From NCBI GenBank assembly GCA_002305165.1, contig DBQI01000026.1:5398-69397 (forward strand): a stretch of DNA of 64,000 nt, written 5' to 3'. The notes under the pieces were generated by a model. It made no database searches, was not told where the DNA came from, and saw only the letters and a program-made list of their open reading frames with translations. Each line of letters starts with the position of its first letter. Position 1 is the stretch's first letter. Made by a program: the position numbers and the translations under genes. Shown piece by piece: positions 26,577-35,537 of the stretch. The stretch comes from Armatimonadetes bacterium UBA1398. Lineage in GTDB: Bacteria; Armatimonadota; Zipacnadia; UBA1398.

Positions 26577-27793
26577 GGACCTTCATTGGCGTGCTCGCTT
26601 GCTGTCTCGCCGCGAGCGCGACCTATGCGGCGCCGCCGCCTGAGGTATCGGCGAAGTCCGTCGTGGTCATGGACGCGTGGTCGGGGCAGGTGCTGATGGA
26701 GAAGGACGCCCACACGCCCCGGGCCATCGCGAGCGTCACCAAGGTCATGACGGCGATGGTAATCCTCGACCGGTGTCCCCTCGACCAAATGGTCATCGTC
26801 TCCAAAGAGGCCGCAGAGACAGGCGAGTCGAGTTGCCTGCTCAAAGAGGGCGAGCAGCTGTCCGTACATGACCTGCTCGAAATGGCGCTCATGCGGTCGG
26901 GGAACGACGCCGCAGTCGCCCTGGCTGTACATGCTGCAGGCTCTGTGCCGGCCTTCGCCAGCATGATGAACCAGAAGGCGGCGGAGCTTGGGCTCAAGGC
27001 TAGCCACTTCACCAACCCCCACGGGCTGGACGAGGAGGGCCATCACCAGTGCGCGATGGATGTCGCCCTGCTATGCCACCGTGCCATGCAGAACGAGACG
27101 TTCTCCCGGATCGTAGCTCAGCGGGAGCGAATGATGCAGAGGCCGGCCTTCCCCGAGGGCTATAAGGTGGTCAACACGAATCAGCTCCTGCGCACGCGCA
27201 ATGACTGCATCGGGATCAAGACCGGATGGACGGGGCAGGCGGGATACTGCCTTGCCGCCGCCGCTCAGCGCGGCGCCCGGCGGTTCATCGTGGTCGTGCT
27301 GAACTCCGAGCGCCGGTTCGAGGAGACGGGGCTACTCCTCGACTGGGCGTTCGACACCTACGTGGAGCGCGTCGTGGTGGCTGGTGGCCTGCCCATCGGG
27401 GACGCTGATATTGAGCGAGGAGCGGCCGACTCGGTGCCTGTCGCGGCGGCTGAGACCCTGGTCGTCGTGGACTCGATAGATCGGATCATGCCAGAGGTGC
27501 AGTTCCGGCAGACTGTCTTCAGGGCGCCCATTGAGGCGGGGCAAGAGATAGGCTACCTGGAGTTCGAGGTGGGCGGCGAGCACATGGCGGTTCCGGCCGT
27601 TGCCACGCGGTCGGTCAATCGTTCATTCCTAGCTACGCTCTTCGATTGGCCCAACGCCATCCTGCTGCTCGGATGCCTGGGCTCCGGCATGCTGATGGTG
27701 GGAGCGGTCTCCGGCACTGCGGCCCAAGCCGCTCAGGCGAGAGGCCGCGCTAAAACTCGAACATACCCATCGCACCGGCGTTCAGCAGGCTGA
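26573..27793 (+). CDS. D-alanyl-D-alanine carboxypeptidase (S11) with C-terminal TM anchor
   Basis: SVTK (SxxK), SGN (SxN), KTG; HFTNPHGL; signal peptide. Confidence 0.9.
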   Translation: MRTFIGVLACCLAASATYAAPPPEVSAKSVVVMDAWSGQVLMEKDAHTPRAIASVTKVMTAMVILDRCPLDQMVIVSKEAAETGESSCLLKEGEQLSVHDLLEMALMRSGNDAAVALAVHAAGSVPAFASMMNQKAAELGLKASHFTNPHGLDEEGHHQCAMDVALLCHRAMQNETFSRIVAQRERMMQRPAFPEGYKVVNTNQLLRTRNDCIGIKTGWTGQAGYCLAAAAQRGARRFIVVVLNSERRFEETGLLLDWAFDTYVERVVVAGGLPIGDADIERGAADSVPVAAAETLVVVDSIDRIMPEVQFRQTVFRAPIEAGQEIGYLEFEVGGEHMAVPAVATRSVNRSFLATLFDWPNAILLLGCLGSGMLMVGAVSGTAAQAAQARGRAKTRTYPSHRRSAG

Positions 27794-29201
27794 GCCCCTG
27801 AGGGGGCGCCTCTGGCTGGATCCGGACGACGGTAATCTGCCCCCTTCGCAGCACCGTCAGCTCAATGACTGCATCGCCACGGGCCTGCCCTCTGAGCGTC
27901 TCGGCTGTGGCGACTTCGCCGTCCACGAGGGTAATGACGTCCCCTGGCCGCAGACCAGCCACCTCAGCGGGGGATCCCGACATGACGGCCGCAACGCTGA
28001 GCGCCTCGGCCTGGAGCCCCAACTGCTGCGTGAGGGACTCGGATACAGGCGTCACCGACACGCCAACCCACATAGGCGGCGCCTCTTGTCCGGGCATCCC
28101 CGGCAGTGGCACCGTAGCGGCGCCCAGAATCATGGTTGTCGCGCCGCGCACCCCTTGGCGGAGGTACTCGAGCTCCAGCGCCTCGCCCGGGCGGGACAGG
28201 ACACGGCGCATCAGGGCCGCACCACTTGAAAGAGCCACGCCATCGACCGACAGCAGCACATCGCCGGGCCTCAGTCCCGCCGCCTCGGCGGGACCGCCCT
28301 CGGCGAGGCTCAGCACCACGGCGCCGGCTGCGTCCTCCAGGCCGTAGTGGTCCACGAGATCCGTAGGAGTCGGGCCTACAGACAGGCCGACCCTTCCCCA
28401 ACGCACCTCGTTCGAGGCCAGAAGCTGGTCGCTCACGTACCGGAGAGTCTCGCCCTCGGCGCAGAGCACCAAGGGGTTCGCAACAACGACGGGAGGGCCA
28501 CTGCGGCGCTCGGCGGGCAGGGACTCGGGGAGCAGGAGGTTGTACGCGACAAGCCCTCCGCCATCGAGTGGCGAATGGGTGGTCCCTGGCTCCGGAAGCG
28601 TGGAGATGAGCACAACCCCCAGCAGTGCGCCATCATCTGCGAACACGGGAGCGCCGCTCATGCCCGGCCCTGCATCCGCGGACACCTCGAAGGCGGCGGA
28701 CATGGCTGGCAAGCCCTCATCCATGAGGGTGCGGTCCAGGCCCGAGACGATTCCAGGCGACAGCTTACCGGAGAAGCCGTAAGCGGTGCCCACGACTGCT
28801 ATCGGCTCACCCAGTGCGGGGTTGCGGCACGCCGTCAGGTCGAGGACGGGGCCCACGTCGTCGGAGGTGCGTAGCAACGCTAGCCGGGCTAGGCCATCCC
28901 CGCCGACGAGAGCGGCCTGGAAGCGGCGGCCATCGCGGGCCTCCACGTAGAGGTCATCGGCATCAGCAAGCACGTAGCTGGAGGTGAGGACGCGGCCGGG
29001 TGCTACCACAAGGCCCGTCCCGACGTGGCGTCTCCATACCCCAGGGTCAGCGGTTCCGATGAGGGCGGTTACGGTGACCACGGACTCGCCGTGCCGCTTG
29101 AGGACTTCGGCCCACTGGGCACTACAAGCAGTCGCCAGCAGCACCATGGCCGCCAAGCAGCCGATACCTCGTGACAAGAGTGAACACGTGCGCCGTGCCA
29201 T
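27750..29201 (-). CDS. HtrA/DegP-like trypsin-fold protein with two PDZ domains; catalytic His/Asp substituted
   Basis: GTGLVV, VLTSSYV, GIVSG, GPGMSGAP, two GP/SPAE.AGLRPGDV PDZ motifs; signal peptide. Confidence 0.85.
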   Translation of the reverse strand: MARRTCSLLSRGIGCLAAMVLLATACSAQWAEVLKRHGESVVTVTALIGTADPGVWRRHVGTGLVVAPGRVLTSSYVLADADDLYVEARDGRRFQAALVGGDGLARLALLRTSDDVGPVLDLTACRNPALGEPIAVVGTAYGFSGKLSPGIVSGLDRTLMDEGLPAMSAAFEVSADAGPGMSGAPVFADDGALLGVVLISTLPEPGTTHSPLDGGGLVAYNLLLPESLPAERRSGPPVVVANPLVLCAEGETLRYVSDQLLASNEVRWGRVGLSVGPTPTDLVDHYGLEDAAGAVVLSLAEGGPAEAAGLRPGDVLLSVDGVALSSGAALMRRVLSRPGEALELEYLRQGVRGATTMILGAATVPLPGMPGQEAPPMWVGVSVTPVSESLTQQLGLQAEALSVAAVMSGSPAEVAGLRPGDVITLVDGEVATAETLRGQARGDAVIELTVLRRGQITVVRIQPEAPPQGLSLLNAGAMGMFEF

Positions 29202-29285
29202 TGCCGCGATCCCCCGTGATGTCGCTCCGTCTAGTGAAGACGTAAGGGGGGCACGCGATGGCTCAGTGGATTCGCGGACAAGGCG

Positions 29286-31232
29286 CTAGCGGACCTTCTC
29301 ACCGTTCTCGACCGGTCGGTCGAGGGTCACGAGGGCCACGGGATCCTTGCCGCCTGCGGCCAGGATCATCCCCTGGCTCTGCACGCCGCGGATCTTCGCC
29401 GGCTCCAGGTTCGCAACGATGACGAGCTGTTTGCCCACGAGCTCTGCCGCAGGGAACGCTTGCGCTACGCCAGCAACTACTTGGCGCACTTCACTGCCGA
29501 GATCCACCATGAGCCGGTAGAGCTTGTCTGCGCCCTCCACGGGCTCCGCGCTCAGGCATGTGCCCGCGCGGAGCTCCAGCTTGGCGAAGTCCTCGTAACT
29601 CACCGTAGCCGCCTGCTTCTCTGACTTCGCGGCCGGCTGCGTCGGTGGCGCGCTGGTCTCGGGTTTGACCTTGGGGACCTTGATCCGAGGGAAGATCGGC
29701 TTGCCCCACGCGATCTTGACACCAGCCATGCGCGCATCCCCTGCGAGCTCCTCCGAGATGCTACCCGACACGACCGGATCGAGGCCGAGCTGGCTTCGGA
29801 TCTCCATGGCGGCGTGGGGGATGAATGATATGAGGAGGACGCTCAACCGGCGGATCGCCTCACACGTCGTCAGGAGGCAGTCCTTGGCGGGCTGTAGGTC
29901 CGCCTCCCGCACGAGGTTCCACGGCGCGCGGGTGTCAAGATACTTGTTCAGCTTGCCGATCGACTCCCAGATCGCTTCCAGGGTGCCTCTGAAGTCGAAA
30001 GCATCGACTCGCTCAGTGGAGAGTCGGGCAGCTGCCTGTACCGACGCGGCGATGTCGGGATCCAGCACGCCATCGGGGATCACGCCCCCGAAAGAGCGCT
30101 CGATGAGGGGGAGCGAGCGGTTGAGCACGTTCCCCAGATCGTTGGCGAGGTCGGCGTTGAACCGCCCCCATAGGGCCTCCCGCGAGAACTCCGCATCCTG
30201 GCCGAAGACCATCTCCCTCAGGGCGAAGTAGCGGACGGCATCGTACGCCACATCGCGCTCTACCTCCACCATCGATGTAAGCTCCTCGGCGAGCTCATCG
30301 ACGGAGACCAGGCCCCCCTGGGACTTGCTGATCTTGCGGTCCTTGCTGAGCCAGAAGCCATGGGCGGCTATCGTCCTCGGCAGTGGCACGCCGAGGGCCA
30401 TCAGCATGGCCGGCCAGAGGGTGGCGTGGAAGCGAGGCAGGATGTCCTTGCCGACGAGGTGCACATCGCACGGCCAGAGGCGCTCGTAGTTAGCCTCGTC
30501 GTCGGGCCAACCGGTAACGGTCAGGTAGTTGATGAGGGCGTCGAACCAGACGTAAGCCTGCTGGCTATCGTCGCCGGGGAACGGCACTCCCCAACCGTTG
30601 CTTGAGCGCGAGATGCAGCAGTCGCGCAGCCCTGACTGGATGAACGAGAGGACCTCGCTCTTCCGGAACTCGGGCCTGACGAAGTCAGGGTGGCGCTCGA
30701 AGTGCTCAAGCAGCCGATCGCCGTAGGCGGAGAGGCGGAAGAAGTAGGCTGGCTCCTTGCGCCGCTCCAGTGGCTTGCGGCACTCGTCGTTGAGGCAGGT
30801 GGGTGTCTCTCCCTCGACATCAGGGAAGAATGTTGCGCACGAGACACAGTACCAGCCCTCGTACTCGCCCCGGTACACGTCACCCGTCTCCATCATGCGC
30901 CGGATAACCTCGGTCGTCGCCCGATGGTGGCGTGGTTCCGACGTTCGGATGAAGTCGTCGTAGGTGATGTCGAGGCGGGCCCAGGCGGCGCGGAAACCGT
31001 CGGCCAGGCGATCCGCGAAGTCGAGGATTGGTACGCCCTCACGGCCGGCCGCCTCTAGAACCTTCTCGGCATGCTCATCGGTGCCGGTCGCGAAGACAAC
31101 CTCGCGCCCACGGGCACGGTGGTGGCGCGCCAAGGTGTCCGCCACGATGGTGGTGTATGCGTTCCCGATGTGAGGTAAGGCATTGATGTAGTAGATAGGT
31201 GTCGTGATGTAGTACACCTTGCTGTCGCTCAC
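29286..31232 (-). CDS. metG: Methionyl-tRNA synthetase with C-terminal tRNA-binding domain
   Basis: YYITTPIYY, HIGN, TGTDEH, YVWFDAL, GKDI, KISKS, ANLEPAKIRGVQSQGM. Confidence 0.97.
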   Translation of the reverse strand: MSDSKVYYITTPIYYINALPHIGNAYTTIVADTLARHHRARGREVVFATGTDEHAEKVLEAAGREGVPILDFADRLADGFRAAWARLDITYDDFIRTSEPRHHRATTEVIRRMMETGDVYRGEYEGWYCVSCATFFPDVEGETPTCLNDECRKPLERRKEPAYFFRLSAYGDRLLEHFERHPDFVRPEFRKSEVLSFIQSGLRDCCISRSSNGWGVPFPGDDSQQAYVWFDALINYLTVTGWPDDEANYERLWPCDVHLVGKDILPRFHATLWPAMLMALGVPLPRTIAAHGFWLSKDRKISKSQGGLVSVDELAEELTSMVEVERDVAYDAVRYFALREMVFGQDAEFSREALWGRFNADLANDLGNVLNRSLPLIERSFGGVIPDGVLDPDIAASVQAAARLSTERVDAFDFRGTLEAIWESIGKLNKYLDTRAPWNLVREADLQPAKDCLLTTCEAIRRLSVLLISFIPHAAMEIRSQLGLDPVVSGSISEELAGDARMAGVKIAWGKPIFPRIKVPKVKPETSAPPTQPAAKSEKQAATVSYEDFAKLELRAGTCLSAEPVEGADKLYRLMVDLGSEVRQVVAGVAQAFPAAELVGKQLVIVANLEPAKIRGVQSQGMILAAGGKDPVALVTLDRPVENGEKVR

Positions 31233-31286
31233 GCTGGGAGCCGCCCTCTCGCGCCTTGGGGTGTCGCCCCAGGCCTGAACGAGGGG

Positions 31287-31315
31287 AAGGTAAGGGCGCT
31301 ATAGGCAATTGTCAA
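31287..31315 (-). promoter_or_regulatory. Sigma70-type promoter of metG
   Basis: TTGACA-17-TACCTT on the minus strand about 55 nt upstream of the start. Confidence 0.7.
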
Positions 31316-31411
31316 GTAACAGCAGTGCGAGCATAGCGTCGGGCCACAATGCGGAGTACAATGGGCATGCAGGACGTCTGATCTATTGAAGCCCCGAACC
31401 GGAGGTGCCAC

Positions 31412-31726
31412 ATGCCGAGGGTGCTCGCGGTAACTCTGTTTGCATTGGCCGCCCTAGGTCTGAACCTCTCGGGCTGCGTGTGGGGGTTCGAGGCATACGA
31501 CGGCGGCTACTGGGACGGCAGAGACACGGGTGGCTGGTGGGACGACAACGATGACCACAGCAACTGGTGGTCCCCGTCGAGGCCGCCTTCCTCCGATGAT
31601 GGCAAGGACTCCTACGATCCGTGGGACGGGGACCAGGACACCTGGCAGCCGCCGAATGACGATCCCTTCGATGACGACGGCGGCGGATCCAACGTGCCCC
31701 TCTCTACCGGCGTATCGACCAGCTAA
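31412..31726 (+). CDS. Small Asp/Trp/Gly-rich lipoprotein of unknown function
   Basis: RBS GGAGG; hydrophobic signal ending in LSGC (Cys22); low-complexity acidic mature part. Confidence 0.7.
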   Translation: MPRVLAVTLFALAALGLNLSGCVWGFEAYDGGYWDGRDTGGWWDDNDDHSNWWSPSRPPSSDDGKDSYDPWDGDQDTWQPPNDDPFDDDGGGSNVPLSTGVSTS

Positions 31727-33030
31727 GCATCTCTCGCTGCCGCCAGAGCGGCCTCGTAGACCTCCCTCAGGGGAACGCCGCGCTCTGCGGCGATCTGAGC
31801 ACAGTCCTCGTACTCCGGGGTGACCCGGTGTGAACCGTCCGGCAACAGGATCAGCTTGACGCGCAGCGGACCGAACGGTGTGCTTACCGTGCTGGCCTCT
31901 CGCGACAGGCAGAAGCGGGAACACTCGTGGACCCGAACGCCGATGGTCGAGGTCTCGGCCATCAAGATCAGCGCTAGCTCGTGCGCGCGGCTCGGAGGCG
32001 CGATGACGGTGACCGAGGTGCCGGGGCGCCCCTTCTTCATGGTGACAGGCGATAGGTACACGTCCAAGGCGCCAGCATCCATGAGCCTCTGCGCGGCGTA
32101 CGCGAGTACCTCGGGCGTGCAGTCGTCAACCTGGGTGCACACCTCGGTCACCCGAGGAAGGGAGCCCAGCGCATCGACCTCGCCGATGAAGAGCCGCAGG
32201 AGGTTGGGGTAGGGGTCGAAGTCCTTGCTCCCGGCGCCATAGCCGACTCGCTCTACGCGCATCGCCGGCATCGGGCCGATGCTCTGGGCCAGTCCCTTGA
32301 TGATGGCTGCCCCCGTGGGTGTGACGGTCTCCCCTGAGATGTCCACCGCTACCGTCGGCAGCCCCTCCACGAGCTTGGCCACAGCGGGCGGCGGCACGGG
32401 CATAGTGCCATGGGCGCACTGAACCCAGCCATGGGCCAGGGGGATGGGCCCGGCGGACACGCTCTCGACCCCCAGCATTTCCAGCCCGACGGCGACACCG
32501 CAGATGTCAATCAGTGTGTCCACACCGCCCAGCTCATGGAAGTGGACGGCCTCCAGGTCTGCGCCATGGACCGATGCCTCAGCTTCACCGACACAGCGAA
32601 GGATCGCGAGAGAACGCTCTGTAGCTAGGTCAGAGAGACCGGCATCGAGGATCGCCGCGCGGCAGTCGCTGTAGGAGAGCCCATGGTGGTGATGGTGAGC
32701 GGGCTCATGCGGATGATCGTGCGGATGGTGGTGACCGTGGTCGTGACCGTGACCGTGACCGTGATCGTGGCTGTGGTCGTGATGCCCGTGCTCATGATCG
32801 TGGAAGCCATGGGGGGCATGGTCGCTGTGCGCGTCGTCGTCCGCCGTGACGACCACTCCCGTGCCCTCTATACCAGACCGCACGACGCGTTGCGGGGCGA
32901 TACCGATGTGGTGTCGCAGGCCACTGAGCGCTTCTACAAGCGCTACAGGATCGACGCCCAGGTCGATCAGCGCGGCCAGGGTCATGTCACCTGAGATACC
33001 AACGAAGCAGTCAATATGCAGATGCCTCAA
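31723..33030 (-). CDS. larC: Nickel-pincer cofactor nickel insertase LarC
   Basis: DCFVGISGDM, His-rich tract, VHFHE, HGTMPVPPPA, TPTGAAI, GYGAG, MKKGRPG, ETSTIGVR, PEYEDC. Confidence 0.95.
   Translation of the reverse strand: MRHLHIDCFVGISGDMTLAALIDLGVDPVALVEALSGLRHHIGIAPQRVVRSGIEGTGVVVTADDDAHSDHAPHGFHDHEHGHHDHSHDHGHGHGHDHGHHHPHDHPHEPAHHHHHGLSYSDCRAAILDAGLSDLATERSLAILRCVGEAEASVHGADLEAVHFHELGGVDTLIDICGVAVGLEMLGVESVSAGPIPLAHGWVQCAHGTMPVPPPAVAKLVEGLPTVAVDISGETVTPTGAAIIKGLAQSIGPMPAMRVERVGYGAGSKDFDPYPNLLRLFIGEVDALGSLPRVTEVCTQVDDCTPEVLAYAAQRLMDAGALDVYLSPVTMKKGRPGTSVTVIAPPSRAHELALILMAETSTIGVRVHECSRFCLSREASTVSTPFGPLRVKLILLPDGSHRVTPEYEDCAQIAAERGVPLREVYEAALAAARDA
32683..32829 (-). repeat. His-rich tract of LarC (26 His in 49 aa), including tandem ccgtga hexamers
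   Basis: HSDHAPHGFHDHEHGHHDHSHDHGHGHGHDHGHHHPHDHPHEPAHHHHH. Confidence 0.9.
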
Positions 33031-33033
33031 CGT

Positions 33034-33804
33034 CTATGAGTCCCCTCGTCCATTCACCAGGCTGGCGAATACTGCGGCGCCAAACCCGTTGTCGATGTTC
33101 ACGACGGCCACGCCACTAGCGCAGGTGTTCAGCATCCCCAGCAACGAGGCTAAGCCACCGAAGGCCGCCCCGTACCCTACGCTCGTCGGCACGGCGACAA
33201 CAGGGCATCCCACCAGCCCGCCGACCACGCTGGGCAAGGCCCCCTCCATGCCAGCCACTACCACCAGGCAACGGGCCGCCATGAGCAGGTCGAGACTGCC
33301 GAGAAGCCGGTGGAGGCCAGCGACGCCCACGTCGTAGAGCCGTTCGACACGGTCGCCGAGGTAGGTGAGCGTCACAGCGGCCTCGTCAGCCACAGGTAGA
33401 TCAGCGGTTCCCGCGCTGACAACGGCGACGTAGCTCCCGTCGTAGTTCGGCTTCCTGACCAGCCGCTCGGGACCGGCTACGAGGATCCGAGCGGAGTCAA
33501 AGTAAACGGTGTCCTGAACGGCTTCGCGCACGACGTCCAGCATCTCCGGCTCAGCACGAGTAGCCAACACGGGTGCGTCGCCCTGCTCATAGAGGCGAGC
33601 CACGATGTCCCTGACCTGAGTTCGGGTCTTCCCGGAGCAGTAGACGACCTCAGGCACACCCGTGCGGACGCCGCGGTGGTGGTCGAGGCGAGCGAACCCC
33701 AGGTCCTCGAAGGGCAGACGCCGCAGCTTCTCCACGGCTTGGTCAACGTCCAGCGTGCCGTTACGCACGGACTCCAGGATCTGACGGGCGGCGTCAGCAG
33801 TCAC
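33034..33804 (-). CDS. larB: Nickel-pincer cofactor biosynthesis protein LarB
   Basis: FARLDHHR..GVPEVVY, AGTAD, DVGVAGLHRL, AGMEGAL, PTSVGYG, VVNIDNGFGA; start trimmed to GTG 33804. Confidence 0.93.
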   Translation of the reverse strand: MTADAARQILESVRNGTLDVDQAVEKLRRLPFEDLGFARLDHHRGVRTGVPEVVYCSGKTRTQVRDIVARLYEQGDAPVLATRAEPEMLDVVREAVQDTVYFDSARILVAGPERLVRKPNYDGSYVAVVSAGTADLPVADEAAVTLTYLGDRVERLYDVGVAGLHRLLGSLDLLMAARCLVVVAGMEGALPSVVGGLVGCPVVAVPTSVGYGAAFGGLASLLGMLNTCASGVAVVNIDNGFGAAVFASLVNGRGDS

Positions 33805-33915
33805 GCGGCGGTTCCCTCTCGCTCCGATTGATGTCCTGCGCGCGCGGCAGGGCCAGGCGCTCCTAGAGGGTATCATAGATGGAAGCGGAATCCCCCCAGG
33901 GAAGGGATCACGCCA

Positions 33916-34545
33916 ATGTGCCGTCGCCATCTGACATGCCGCCTGAGCGCAGCTGCCCTCGTAGCCCTCGGTATCTCGCTTGCCGCCGGCTGCTCGCAGT
34001 CCACCGCGCCCACGGCCGGGGCTGGGCCCGTTGAGCCGACCCCCGCCGCCTCCGAGTCGGAGGTCATCCGCGTCGAGCCTATGGTGGCCCTGGGCGAGCC
34101 TGGTCCGGCCAACCTGGTGGTGACACCGACAGACGAGGACTCCTCGGAGTTTGTGATCAAGGAAGAGTCGGGGCAGGTTCATAGTGGGGAAGTGACCGTC
34201 GACAATGACGTCACCGCTGAGGATCTGGACCTGCCTGTCCCAGAGGGCGCGGTCCGGCTCGCAGGCGCTGAGGTCGAGAATCTCGAGTCAACGAATCCGG
34301 TAGTGGATCCGAGCCTTTCGGGCAGCTTAGCTGTTGTGTATGAGAGCAGCAAGCCCGTCGACGAGGTCGTCGCGTTCTACGCGGACCACGAGTCAGGCCG
34401 ATTCACGGAAGTAGAAGCCGATCTCCTGGGCCAGGCAGGCTGGCGTATGCTGTTCGATGGTGAGTCCGATAGGGTCATCGGGGTGACTAAGTCCCCGTCG
34501 GGAATGACCCAGATCACGCTCCTCGATATTCCAGCCGGACCCTGA
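33916..34545 (+). CDS. Hypothetical acidic lipoprotein
   Basis: Basic/hydrophobic signal ending in LAAGC; Pro/Ala linker; C-terminal DLPVPEGA..KPVDEVVAFY domain. Confidence 0.7.
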   Translation: MCRRHLTCRLSAAALVALGISLAAGCSQSTAPTAGAGPVEPTPAASESEVIRVEPMVALGEPGPANLVVTPTDEDSSEFVIKEESGQVHSGEVTVDNDVTAEDLDLPVPEGAVRLAGAEVENLESTNPVVDPSLSGSLAVVYESSKPVDEVVAFYADHESGRFTEVEADLLGQAGWRMLFDGESDRVIGVTKSPSGMTQITLLDIPAGP

Positions 34546-34583
34546 CGCGCCGGCATGGCGACGGACAGGCGGATGGGGGTTTC

Positions 34584-35501
34584 TTGAGGCTGACTGCCGG
34601 TGTAGTGCTGCTCGTGGTCGCGTTCCCTGCCATTCTGGGGGGAACGGGGTGTCGACGCTCGGCTGGTGCAGGGGTATCATCCGCCGCCCCAAGCCCGACG
34701 CTGGGCACATCCGCCCAGCCTGTACCTGCCGTGACCAGGGGCTCATCGGAGTCTGAGCCCGAATCGGCAATGGCGCCCCCCTCGCACAAACTCGACAAGG
34801 CCCAACTGGACGCCAGGGTGGAGGAGTGGCGGCGGCTTCATCCTGAGGAGGCCGAGGAGGCAGATCGTGAGGACGCGCTGCGCGATGGCGATGGCCCAGA
34901 GGGCGGCGCTGCAGGGTCTGACCTCGGTCTCTTCGGGCCCGGAGGTCCATCCGGGGTTTACAGCATCCTAGGCCTGATAACCGGAGGCAGCGATTCCCAG
35001 ATACATGGCGACGACGAGAGAGGCGTCATCACGACGAGCTACCAGGGTACGACAGTGGACTACACCTACTTCGCGGCGACGGGCGACACGCCTGGGCCGC
35101 GGATGTCGCTGCCGTATGCGTTTCCGGAGCGTACGCGCTTCGCGATAGAGGGGACTATGCCTGAGTCCGTTCTGCGTCGCATTATCGCGGCAGGCGGCGG
35201 GTTGCCTCCCTCGAACATACCCGAGTCACGACGGGCGGTTGTGATTGATGCCGAGGGGGTTTCCCTTCGGGGCTCCCTGGCCGATGTGCGTAGCAGCATC
35301 GAGGAAACCAGTGGTTCCTTCCTGAACCTGGTCCCGCAGGACGAACGGGGCACGCTCGTGTACCAGGACGCGTCAGACCATCGCCATCTCCTGTGGTTGC
35401 AGGATGGGCCCGGTTCCGGGAGGGTCCAGGCAACCCTCGTCACCGTGAGCGCGCTTCCGGAGCCTCTCGAGAAGGCGCTCGCGATCCTGGCCGTTGAGTA
35501 G
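34584..35501 (+). CDS. Hypothetical lipoprotein
   Basis: Hydrophobic signal ending in GTGC; Ser/Pro-rich tether; no recognised domain. Confidence 0.6.
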   Translation: MRLTAGVVLLVVAFPAILGGTGCRRSAGAGVSSAAPSPTLGTSAQPVPAVTRGSSESEPESAMAPPSHKLDKAQLDARVEEWRRLHPEEAEEADREDALRDGDGPEGGAAGSDLGLFGPGGPSGVYSILGLITGGSDSQIHGDDERGVITTSYQGTTVDYTYFAATGDTPGPRMSLPYAFPERTRFAIEGTMPESVLRRIIAAGGGLPPSNIPESRRAVVIDAEGVSLRGSLADVRSSIEETSGSFLNLVPQDERGTLVYQDASDHRHLLWLQDGPGSGRVQATLVTVSALPEPLEKALAILAVE

Positions 35502-35537
35502 CCGCCCTTCGCCCGAGGCGGCAGCTATGGAGGAGAT

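Noticed and set aside
29225-29270. ECF-sigma-like promoter (TGAGCC-N17-CGTCT, minus strand) before the HtrA-like gene
   Set aside because: Plausible, but the match is too degenerate to support without the cognate sigma consensus
31233-31290. T-box or SAM riboswitch upstream of metG
   Set aside because: The leader after the TTGACA/TACCTT promoter is only about 50 nt, with one hairpin and no T-box or S-box consensus
33805-34182. N-terminal extension of LarB in the ORF track (similar extensions on pta, prs, nuoF, nuoJ and the site-2 protease)
   Set aside because: Extensions overlap neighbouring genes or promoters and lack family similarity; downstream starts fit better
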